A DNA stretch of 64,000 nucleotides, taken from IMG/VR virus record IMGVR_UViG_3300013121_000024, positions 64,001 through 128,000 of that record; one strand, given 5' to 3'. Below are positions 34,954 to 43,035 of the stretch, piece by piece (within the stretch, counting starts at the first letter, position 1; each line of letters starts with the position of its first letter). Under the pieces are notes generated by a model. That model saw nothing but the letters and a program-made list of their open reading frames with translations, had not been told where the DNA came from and made no database searches. A program made the translations under genes and the position numbers. Source of the DNA: a virus (lineage: Duplodnaviria; Caudoviricetes).

Positions 34954-36039
34954 TTATTTTTCCTTCCTAGAAGACGCATGAAATCCAACAATAACAGGTC
35001 CAAAACTGGTAAATCCACCAGAACCTTTACCTTTATTATTTATTGTAATAACTGGAACACCATTTTTTCCACGTACATGTATTGCTACTTTACCAGAATT
35101 TTCATTATTTACAGGAGCAACAGAAAAATGATTTCCATGTGTTGTAATAATTTTTTGCATTTCTTTATATGGATCGTCTATCTCATGTGTGTATGCACCA
35201 CTTTTAGTTGGCCCATATGAAGATAATTTTAATACCGGTGTTTTTGTTTTTTCTACACGAACTAAATTGCCCAGAACCTCTGATATCTGTTCCGGTTTCA
35301 TTTTTGACAGACTTGACCTATATATATTACTTATTTTTCCTATAGCGTCTCGAATAAAGGTCTTATTTTTTTCTTTGTGTTTAGGATATTTATTTTCTAC
35401 CTGATGAGCATCCGCCATCGATAGATGGCTTGTTGGTATACCCATGGAACCCATGTAATTATGTGATTGTGAAAGTGCATTTTTCCATATTTCTTGTGTA
35501 TTAACATTCAACAAAGAATCCAAAACATTGTGTCCAGGATTGGCTAAAGTTGGTGCTTTCTTTTTGTTATAATTTTTAATGGAAATTGCCCACATTTTGG
35601 ATTTGCCGAGTTTATCCATAGTTTTTACATGTAAATCTCCAGGATTCCGCTCTTTGACCAAATGTATACTATCCTTAGGCTGAGATGTCCACCATACTCC
35701 TGTTATTTTATGTCCCATCTTATTAAAATGTGACGCCAATTGTTTAGCAGCTCCTTTGGACTTTTCAGTATGGATTTTTTTATTGTCAGAACTTAATCCA
35801 GACATTATGGAATCATAAACTTCTTTTGGGTGTGTTGTTCCTAATTTTGATTTTGATTTAGGCAAGGCTTTTATTTTACCAGTTTTGGTGAGTATAGGGT
35901 TAAAGGCCGGCCTTTTTGGAAATGATTTATTCGGAGTCAATTCTTTTCCTATTCCAAGTTCATGCTGTACTCCATAAGCATTGTTATCTAACCCAAATGG
36001 AGTTTCCAATAAAAATTTCCGGAAAGACGGTAAAGACAT
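34954..36039 (-). CDS. Putative PD-(D/E)xK-type endonuclease, head-packaged-like
   Basis: HE...PGDLHV...AISIK; N-terminus PSFRKFLLE. Confidence 0.55.
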   Translation of the reverse strand: MSLPSFRKFLLETPFGLDNNAYGVQHELGIGKELTPNKSFPKRPAFNPILTKTGKIKALPKSKSKLGTTHPKEVYDSIMSGLSSDNKKIHTEKSKGAAKQLASHFNKMGHKITGVWWTSQPKDSIHLVKERNPGDLHVKTMDKLGKSKMWAISIKNYNKKKAPTLANPGHNVLDSLLNVNTQEIWKNALSQSHNYMGSMGIPTSHLSMADAHQVENKYPKHKEKNKTFIRDAIGKISNIYRSSLSKMKPEQISEVLGNLVRVEKTKTPVLKLSSYGPTKSGAYTHEIDDPYKEMQKIITTHGNHFSVAPVNNENSGKVAIHVRGKNGVPVITINNKGKGSGGFTSFGPVIVGFHASSRKEK

Positions 36040-36108
36040 GTTAATAGATGCTCCTTAATATGTTAGAATATGTACAATCCACTATTTAGACAAAAGAAAA
36101 CCGGAACA

Positions 36109-36771
36109 TTAATGTTCCGGTTTAATGTATCCAAAAATGAAATCGGCATGCCCCGTGCGATCCAGAAAGTAGTATCCCATACTGTCTAGTAATTTTTTCA
36201 TGGGCTCGGTTACCACTTCCACAACAATGAGTGGTTTGTGTTCCTCGATGGTTTTTTGGGCACCGAGCATTACCTCATATTCCATTCTTTCTACATCTAG
36301 TTGTAAAAGACTTAGATTATTGAACTTAAAATTGTCCAGTTTCAATATGGGTACCATTCCTGACCCAGGAACAATTGAGTGTGTTCCTGTGTTGAGCATA
36401 TTCTTTATGTCCACCTTTCCAACACTGGTCTCCTTCCCTAAACCGGCCTGAATCTTTATTATGTTCGGTCTCTGACAATTTAGGCAAAGGGTGTGGTAAT
36501 TAAGAGGATCTGGCTCAAATGTGTATACAGAATTGAACATTCTCGAATATAACCTGGGATACATACCTTGGTTTCCACCAGCACAAACCACGGAATCAAA
36601 AGACTTGCAGTATAATTTTAGTTTTGGTTTGAGGTCTTGCCAGTCTTTCTGGGGGCCTGTCCAAGCACCTTGGTCCTGTTTGATCCAAAACCAAGGACCT
36701 TCTCCGTCAATGATTTCATTTCGTATTTCTAGGTGTTCAGCAAATTCATTGAATGTTGAAGTGTTTTCCAT
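36109..36771 (-). CDS. FkbM-family SAM methyltransferase
   Basis: AGGNQG, FEP, QLDVERME..V..GA..TI...KP...VE. Confidence 0.85.
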   Translation of the reverse strand: MENTSTFNEFAEHLEIRNEIIDGEGPWFWIKQDQGAWTGPQKDWQDLKPKLKLYCKSFDSVVCAGGNQGMYPRLYSRMFNSVYTFEPDPLNYHTLCLNCQRPNIIKIQAGLGKETSVGKVDIKNMLNTGTHSIVPGSGMVPILKLDNFKFNNLSLLQLDVERMEYEVMLGAQKTIEEHKPLIVVEVVTEPMKKLLDSMGYYFLDRTGHADFIFGYIKPEH

Positions 36772-36826
36772 TAGTTTAGATGCACCTTTGCTGCCGGATA
36801 CTTTTTGTTAAACGGTGTATTAGACA

Positions 36827-38254
36827 TTATTTGAATTCCGAGAATATTGATTTATTGGATTGTATGGATTGTGTAAATTTTGGCTTTATGGGTATGGCTT
36901 GGGTTTCCTGGTGTGTTGTTAATTCTGTTTGGATGGTGTTTTTCTGTGCTGATATTTCTGGACTGTATAACCTCATGTGTGGACGATCAAACCCTATTAT
37001 GAACTTTTTCTTTTTCTCTTTGTCATCATATCGATTTTTCATTTGTTTAAAGAGTATTTGACCAAGGGAATCCAACTCCTCGGTTCTAATTACTGCTAAG
37101 AACAGATCAAAAACGGCCGGAGCTCCCCAGGAATCTGAAGTTTTATCCATATCAAAATCGGTATCAGCAAATCCAGACCTGTTTACCTGTGTGCTGGTAA
37201 CAATAGCTGTATTACTTTCAATGGCCAATCCTCTCAATTCTTCGGCCATGGTCTTGACATATATATAAGTATTTATTCCACCGCCCATTTTAATCCTACT
37301 TGAGGCGCAAATATTCAGGTAATCCACATATATTACATCAGGAATAAAGTTTTTTTTATGTTTCAACTCACCCAGGAGGTATCTGAAATTAGCAGTCGAG
37401 GCGCCGCCGGTAGGATATTCCTTAATTATTAATCGTCCGGTAATCTTTTTCTGTAAAGCCTGCATTTTTCGTTCATAGGTTTCTTTGGGTAGTTTGGTCA
37501 AGTCGTCCAAAGAAACTCCAAGTAAGTTAGCATCTATACGCTCCGCGATTTTCTCCTCGGACATTTCCATGGTAATATAAAGCACATTATAACCTAAGGA
37601 AACATGGGATGCCGCAAGGTGACACTTAACCGCGGTTTTTCCTACTCCCACCGGCGCCATGAAACAGTTAAGAGTTTTCCGTAGGAGACCTCCCTTGGTA
37701 ATCTGGTTAAGCTCCTCAATATCAAAAGGTATGTGAATATCGGTACTATTATAAAAATTAAACCGTTCGGTATAATCGGACATGTAGTCATGTCCGATTT
37801 TAGAGTCAAAGGACACACTAAGAGCATCAGAAAACAATTGTGGCAAACTACCAGCCAAATGGGTTTTATCTTTGCCTTCTAAAATTGTTATTCCTGATCT
37901 AATAGCATTGTGCAGCGCATTTTCTTGACAAAAAGACTCCGTAGTGGAATATAACCAATCCTTATCTGTCTCCAAGTCTGGAGCAAGAGTCCCAATAAGT
38001 TCCTGTGCCTTTAGGAATGTATCTTCAGATAAACCACTGGTATTGCCCAGATCAATATACAATGCTTCTCTGGTAGGCCTTGTATTATACCTAGACACAA
38101 AATCATGTATTAGTTTATATACAATCTTATGTGTCTTACTTTGGAAATACTCCTCCTTGAGAAAAGGAAATACTTTCCTCATGTAGTCTTCGTTATAAAG
38201 GTAGTGAGAAAGTATTACATTATCAAAATTCAAAATGGTAAACTCCGTTTTCAA
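36827..38254 (-). CDS. gp41: Replicative helicase (gp41)
   Basis: APVGVGKT, YITMEM, IKEYPT, VDYLNI, QVNR, KNRY. Confidence 0.95.
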   Translation of the reverse strand: MKTEFTILNFDNVILSHYLYNEDYMRKVFPFLKEEYFQSKTHKIVYKLIHDFVSRYNTRPTREALYIDLGNTSGLSEDTFLKAQELIGTLAPDLETDKDWLYSTTESFCQENALHNAIRSGITILEGKDKTHLAGSLPQLFSDALSVSFDSKIGHDYMSDYTERFNFYNSTDIHIPFDIEELNQITKGGLLRKTLNCFMAPVGVGKTAVKCHLAASHVSLGYNVLYITMEMSEEKIAERIDANLLGVSLDDLTKLPKETYERKMQALQKKITGRLIIKEYPTGGASTANFRYLLGELKHKKNFIPDVIYVDYLNICASSRIKMGGGINTYIYVKTMAEELRGLAIESNTAIVTSTQVNRSGFADTDFDMDKTSDSWGAPAVFDLFLAVIRTEELDSLGQILFKQMKNRYDDKEKKKKFIIGFDRPHMRLYSPEISAQKNTIQTELTTHQETQAIPIKPKFTQSIQSNKSIFSEFK

Positions 38255-38775
38255 TCGTTGGTTTCTGTGTCATCCCCGTCTAGACTTTTTTCTCTTTGGT
38301 CACCATAAGAATATTCAATATGGACTGCATTATTGATAGTCTCCAGAATTTCTGGAGTATAGTACTTCTCCGGATTCCTGTCAATGTCTTTAGCAAAGGC
38401 CTTGGTACCATCTGGAAATTCATACCGGTTACCTACCTTTTTCACAATTCCGTGTCTTTCTGCAATTTCCAATAGACCCCAGAATTTATCAATACCTGTA
38501 TCATATGACAGTCGTAGCTCAACTTCTTTATTCTCACGTGACAATCTCGACTTTATCAACCGCACTTTTAGTATATTGCCGATTACTTCCTTTCCGTCAC
38601 CCTTATCCTTTTTCTTGGAAAGGAATAGAATGTAATCGGCCGAGTAGCGGAGCCCGCCGCCACCTGAATTATGTGAAATCACTCCATTCGAAAGGATGTA
38701 ATGCTCGGCAAATCCCACCGATATATCAAACACTTCTGTTGGTTCATTTATCTTCTTTATAGATACAATTCTCAT
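38251..38775 (-). CDS. uvsX: UvsX recombinase C-terminal part with split intein C-half
   Basis: HN|SGGGGLRYSA...KSRLSRE. Confidence 0.9.
   Translation of the reverse strand: MRIVSIKKINEPTEVFDISVGFAEHYILSNGVISHNSGGGGLRYSADYILFLSKKKDKGDGKEVIGNILKVRLIKSRLSRENKEVELRLSYDTGIDKFWGLLEIAERHGIVKKVGNRYEFPDGTKAFAKDIDRNPEKYYTPEILETINNAVHIEYSYGDQREKSLDGDDTETND
38668..38775 (-). mobile_element. Split intein C-fragment (36 aa) of UvsX
   Basis: MRIVSIKK...VFDISV...YILSNGVISHN|S. Confidence 0.92.
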
Positions 38776-39472
38776 TTTCCGTTTTCTCCACTATGGTGAT
38801 TTTTTGTATACCATATTTGTCCCAAAGGTGCCATTTATCTTTTCGAATTAATGAAGCACCTAATGATTTGCTCTTGCCTAAATGAGTACCCAATTCCAAT
38901 CTATTTAAGAAATTTATGCTTTGGCCATCCATAAACTCTACGAATATTGGTATACTCCGTTTGTTTCTTAACATCTTACGTGTTTTCTCGGAATGTGTTT
39001 TTCCGAAAAATGGATTAGATGTACCAGGCTGGCCGCATTTTTTTCTCAGAACTTCTATTGTTTCAGGTGTATGTTTTCTTCCGAAAAAGGGGTTCTTTTC
39101 ACCCTTTAGACCTTTCCCAAAAGCCGGATTATTTTGGCCTGATATGTCTCTTGAAAAGGCCTTCTTGAATAATTCATAGCTCCTGGAAAAATATCTTGAA
39201 CGGTGACTTGAATTGGATACCCGCATTTTATGAAAGGCAAAAATCATTTTCCTCTTGTTTAATGGAGTGGTTACCATCTTCACTAGACATAAATGCAAAA
39301 TATAATGTTCGCGTGCGGTTAACTGTACCAAATTATGCATCGAGTTTGTTCCACCCAAGCTTTTTGGTATAATGTGGTGTGTTTCAGAATAATCTTCTTT
39401 AGGTAGTATCCTACATTTACCACGCTCAACAAGTCGCCAATAGATTCGTGAATATTTGTTCTCTAAAAACAT
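38744..39472 (-). CDS. HNH homing endonuclease (NUMOD3 repeats) splitting uvsX
   Basis: ETHHIIPKSLGG.N...NLVQLTAREH; NPFFGRKH repeats; start moved to ATG 39472. Confidence 0.9.
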   Translation of the reverse strand: MFLENKYSRIYWRLVERGKCRILPKEDYSETHHIIPKSLGGTNSMHNLVQLTAREHYILHLCLVKMVTTPLNKRKMIFAFHKMRVSNSSHRSRYFSRSYELFKKAFSRDISGQNNPAFGKGLKGEKNPFFGRKHTPETIEVLRKKCGQPGTSNPFFGKTHSEKTRKMLRNKRSIPIFVEFMDGQSINFLNRLELGTHLGKSKSLGASLIRKDKWHLWDKYGIQKITIVEKTENENCIYKEDK

Positions 39473-39761
39473 CAGTTTTTCCTTGTATATCACACACACT
39501 GATGTTATTTATATTTTGAATCTCCTCCATCAGGTCGAACACCGTCCTCCACTTACCGTCTACCAAAAATTTATGTTCTCCTGTCGCCTTAATTTTTGTT
39601 CCATCTTCAAATTCAATTTCAAAAACCTCGGTTGACGTAAAAGAATGCACATTTGTTATTTTACTGTCTCCGAAAAGCGTTTTTACCATATCACCGACAT
39701 CTAGGTCTTGTATATTTCTATGTCCTTCTGGTGTAGATACCTTTGTGTCGGCTGCCAGACA
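39426..39761 (-). mobile_element. Split intein N-fragment (111 aa) of UvsX
   Basis: KEM|CLAADTKV...ATGEHKF. Confidence 0.9.
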
Positions 39762-40430
39762 CATCTCTTTAGTGGGAACATACGAACCCGTAACATCGTA
39801 TGTATGGTTGGTCACGATCATAGGGATCCGAGCCTTAGCCAGCTTCAGCCTGAGAACACGGAACGCTCCTCTGAGTAACTGAGGCTTGGTCATATCCCTC
39901 TTTTCGGTACCTTCGGTAATATCACCAAGTTCCTTTGAGGAAGAAAGCATTCCAAGTGAGTCCAGAACAAACAGGAATTCTGGCCGGTCCTTTTTTTCCA
40001 TCAAGGAATCAATATATTTTACCGCCTTGTGTCTGAATTCTTCAATGGTGGACGGCTCAGAAACGATTACCCTGGAGACATCAATACCTCTGGAAGCCAT
40101 CATTTCTTTGGTAACGGCCGCCTCTGTGTCAAAATAAATCACACCTGCACTAGTATTCTTTTCCAGAAATGTTTTCACAATACTCAGTGCTAGGTAAGTC
40201 TTGCCGGTACTTGTTTCGCCGGCCATGGCGATGATTTTGTTGTTTGGAAATCCATTGTAAATGTCGGCTGAAATTAAAGCGTTCAATGCATAACACCCTG
40301 TATCCGTATATCCATCAAACTCGGCCGCGCTGATTCCATCAGCGGCCAGTGTTAAAAACTCATCTTCCTGTTCTTTCACAAATTCATTGAAAAAATTATT
40401 CGATTTTATAACCGTACTTGATTTTGCCAT
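39426..40430 (-). CDS. uvsX: UvsX recombinase N-terminal part fused to intein N-half
   Basis: GETSTGKT, YFDTE, LDSLG, TNHTY. Confidence 0.92.
   Translation of the reverse strand: MAKSSTVIKSNNFFNEFVKEQEDEFLTLAADGISAAEFDGYTDTGCYALNALISADIYNGFPNNKIIAMAGETSTGKTYLALSIVKTFLEKNTSAGVIYFDTEAAVTKEMMASRGIDVSRVIVSEPSTIEEFRHKAVKYIDSLMEKKDRPEFLFVLDSLGMLSSSKELGDITEGTEKRDMTKPQLLRGAFRVLRLKLAKARIPMIVTNHTYDVTGSYVPTKEMCLAADTKVSTPEGHRNIQDLDVGDMVKTLFGDSKITNVHSFTSTEVFEIEFEDGTKIKATGEHKFLVDGKWRTVFDLMEEIQNINNISVCDIQGKTDVFREQIFTNLLATC
39468..39513 (-). promoter_or_regulatory. Late promoter plus start-codon-sequestering hairpin
   Basis: TATAAATA overlapping a 9-bp stem AACATCAGT / ACTGATGTT that covers the ATG. Confidence 0.75.
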
Positions 40431-40468
40431 ATATTCTTTCTCCAAATAGCACACTGTTAACAGTTAGT

Positions 40469-40497
40469 ACTGTACAATATTGTCTCGCAGGTGTCAA
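40469..40497 (-). promoter_or_regulatory. Sigma70-type promoter for uvsX
   Basis: TTGACA-17-TACAGT. Confidence 0.5.
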
Positions 40498-40498
40498 T

Positions 40499-40534
40499 AA
40501 AAAAGGCGGACCCGTTTCCAGGTCCGCCAATTTT
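40499..40534 (-). terminator. Intrinsic terminator
   Basis: GGCGGACC / GGTCCGCC stem with T tract. Confidence 0.8.
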
Positions 40535-41583
40535 CATTTCTTCTTTCGTCTCTTCTTTTTTGTTGCCGGTGGAATCATTGTGAAAACTTGTCCTCCGGCC
40601 CTCTTGGCCGCTTTGATCTTTCTAAGGTCTAACAGGTCTTTTTTCGAGATTCTTACGGAATTACCCGATTTTACCGGATATACCGTTTTTTGTTTCCTAG
40701 GCGGAAACTTATCTCTCGATCCAAGAGGTCGACCTACACCACGCTTTGCCATTTTTTGTGGCATGTCGGACAGTGGTATAGGAGGTATAGGTGTTGTTTC
40801 CACTGGTGGATTCACAACACTGACCTTTTCTGGTTCTTTATTGTTTGGCACAATTGCACCCGACCTGGAGATCACATTGTTGTATGCAATAAGCATCAAC
40901 ACTGCGAACGGATCGAAAACAAGCACCAATACAACAATAAGGATTCGGACCGATTTTTCCAGTGTATCCTCCGAAGGATTATCCTGGAAAAGTTGTGTTA
41001 TGTATTTGAGTGGTCCTACTTCCGCTTCCAGTTTGCGCTGCATTGTTTTGGCGCGTATTAGACTTTCCTGGAGCGGTTCCAGTTCCTTTTCAAGAGTCCT
41101 CTTTCGCGATTCTAAATCCTTTCTATCGGACTTAGTAACACTAAGGGCCTCTTTTTCTCTTCCCTTCTTTAAGAGTCCGGTTACCACACTGGATTTTTCA
41201 TCCAATTGGTTATTGATGCGGATCAATTCCTCTTTCTTTGGGTTGATTTTTGCTTTTAACAGCTCTACGGTTTCTGTGCCTTCTGACCCAATTTTGACCT
41301 GTTGGTCAATATGTGCCTTAGACAAATATCCGAACACACCCAAAGAGGTTATTCCCATAAGGAAAATAACCATGGCTACGATGGGCATTTTAAGATGCCA
41401 CCGAAGCACCGGCCAACGACGATTCAACCATGATACGGCTACAACCTTAGCTGTTTCCAGCAAGGTGCCCATGATAACCACTGGCCAGTAAGAGGCGGGG
41501 AAGATGGTGGTTAGTCCTATTATGGAAAATAGGCCTGATACCACCGACAATGATAATGCTACCACGAGTAGCAGATTATCCAT
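40534..41583 (-). CDS. Multi-pass membrane coiled-coil protein
   Basis: Three N-terminal TMs, GYLSKAH, EVGPLKY, VFDP. Confidence 0.75.
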   Translation of the reverse strand: MDNLLLVVALSLSVVSGLFSIIGLTTIFPASYWPVVIMGTLLETAKVVAVSWLNRRWPVLRWHLKMPIVAMVIFLMGITSLGVFGYLSKAHIDQQVKIGSEGTETVELLKAKINPKKEELIRINNQLDEKSSVVTGLLKKGREKEALSVTKSDRKDLESRKRTLEKELEPLQESLIRAKTMQRKLEAEVGPLKYITQLFQDNPSEDTLEKSVRILIVVLVLVFDPFAVLMLIAYNNVISRSGAIVPNNKEPEKVSVVNPPVETTPIPPIPLSDMPQKMAKRGVGRPLGSRDKFPPRKQKTVYPVKSGNSVRISKKDLLDLRKIKAAKRAGGQVFTMIPPATKKKRRKKK

Positions 41584-41689
41584 TGGTTCTCCTTCTTATG
41601 TTGTCAAAGAGAATGGGCCCACCTGGAGCCCATTTTTTAAAGATATCATATTTAGAAGGCTTTGGCAACCACCAAAAAATAAAGCAAAA

Positions 41690-42007
41690 TCAAGAGGTTA
41701 CGTTCACGGACATGTCAAATAATTTGTCAAACCGCTTAAGGACATCTCCAACAATTTTTGACCTTTGTGGCCAGTATATATGTGTTTTCTCAGGATTTTT
41801 CGACAGATTAACCAAAAGAGGCCTAATCATGTTTCTTATTTCGGTCATCCTTTTTCTATAAGCCGATTCCAAATCATTTTTTTCTGTTTCCTTAGACTTT
41901 ACTTCTGTCCTTAACTGTAGTTCTACCTCTTTTAATTCATCCTCAGAGAGTAAACTGAATCCAAAATCATAATCAGAAGAACTTAATTCTAAGTTTCGGT
42001 CGGTCAT
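41690..42007 (-). CDS. Conserved T4-like hypothetical protein
   Basis: DFGFS...PLLVNLSKNPEK.HIYWPQR. Confidence 0.7.
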   Translation of the reverse strand: MTDRNLELSSSDYDFGFSLLSEDELKEVELQLRTEVKSKETEKNDLESAYRKRMTEIRNMIRPLLVNLSKNPEKTHIYWPQRSKIVGDVLKRFDKLFDMSVNVTS

Positions 42008-43035
42008 ATATTATTCCTCGGTGCCATCCAATCATCGTCCTGTGGCATATCAGTTCCATCCTCGTTCCTGTCTCTGAAATACCTTCGAATATCATCTCTA
42101 AGCCTGATATAATTAGGTCTGTGTCTATTCAAAACATACATACCTTGAGCATCTTTGACAATATCCTTAAGTGGATCATAATTATTCTTAGTTATAATAC
42201 CCCAACGCTCAATATATTTTCTATTCTTTTTGGAACCGTGCCAATAATGAGTTATGATACCAGGAACATAACCTACGTTTCTTTGCAGCACATAATCCGC
42301 GGCTTCTTGCCAATTCATCACGGAATCTCGATAAGCCGGTGAAATTTGGCCAGGCAAACTTTTCTTTGCTTGTCCTATTAATGATAAGGCCATATGGTGA
42401 TCTCCCGCACCTAGAATGGCCTTATCAAATAATGGAAGCTTATCTATTACTTCCCTTCTAGCCGCCCAAGCAAATCCTGGATGCCAGAAAGCGCCTTTGG
42501 AAGCTCCATAATATCCACCATGTCCGGAATTCTGGGGTGGATAATTTTGATTCTGGAAATAACTCCACATAAATCCATTGTGTTTTTGTATCGGTTCCAT
42601 GTTTGGTCCCAAGTCCAGGGCATGTGAGAACATTTGAACAATTCCATAGTGTTGCAATTGTTGTGCAGTCTCCAATAAAATATCGCGTCTCTGAAAATGT
42701 ATATCACCATCAATCCAAGCCACATATTGCCAGTCTGGATCATACTGACATAGTTGTTGTATTCCTATATTGATCATGTTTTCTTTATGCCACAGTTCTT
42801 CATTAGTCCTTAACTGTATATGTAAAGGATTATCTCTTTCCGTGACAACAAATGGCCTTCTTCCAAAAGCCTGTTCGACCGGCATAAATTTGGCGCCTAA
42901 ATCTGTTATATGACGCTCAAATTCTTTATATAGGTTGTATCTGGTTCGATATCGGATAGGATTAGATATAACGGAAATTACGTAAAACCTTGATATATCC
43001 AACTTATTTACGGGGTGATCAAATTCTCTTTGCAT
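42004..43035 (-). CDS. Glycosyltransferase-like protein (GT-A)
   Basis: WHKENMIN, AWIDGD (DxD), GAGD, HYWHG; TAATG-coupled to gp43. Confidence 0.65.
   Translation of the reverse strand: MQREFDHPVNKLDISRFYVISVISNPIRYRTRYNLYKEFERHITDLGAKFMPVEQAFGRRPFVVTERDNPLHIQLRTNEELWHKENMINIGIQQLCQYDPDWQYVAWIDGDIHFQRRDILLETAQQLQHYGIVQMFSHALDLGPNMEPIQKHNGFMWSYFQNQNYPPQNSGHGGYYGASKGAFWHPGFAWAARREVIDKLPLFDKAILGAGDHHMALSLIGQAKKSLPGQISPAYRDSVMNWQEAADYVLQRNVGYVPGIITHYWHGSKKNRKYIERWGIITKNNYDPLKDIVKDAQGMYVLNRHRPNYIRLRDDIRRYFRDRNEDGTDMPQDDDWMAPRNNI

Noticed and set aside
31330-41491. Long + strand ORFs (e.g. 31330-32208, 40418-41491; also 3006-3683, 20581-21216)
   Set aside because: Antisense shadows of real - strand genes with no recognisable motifs.
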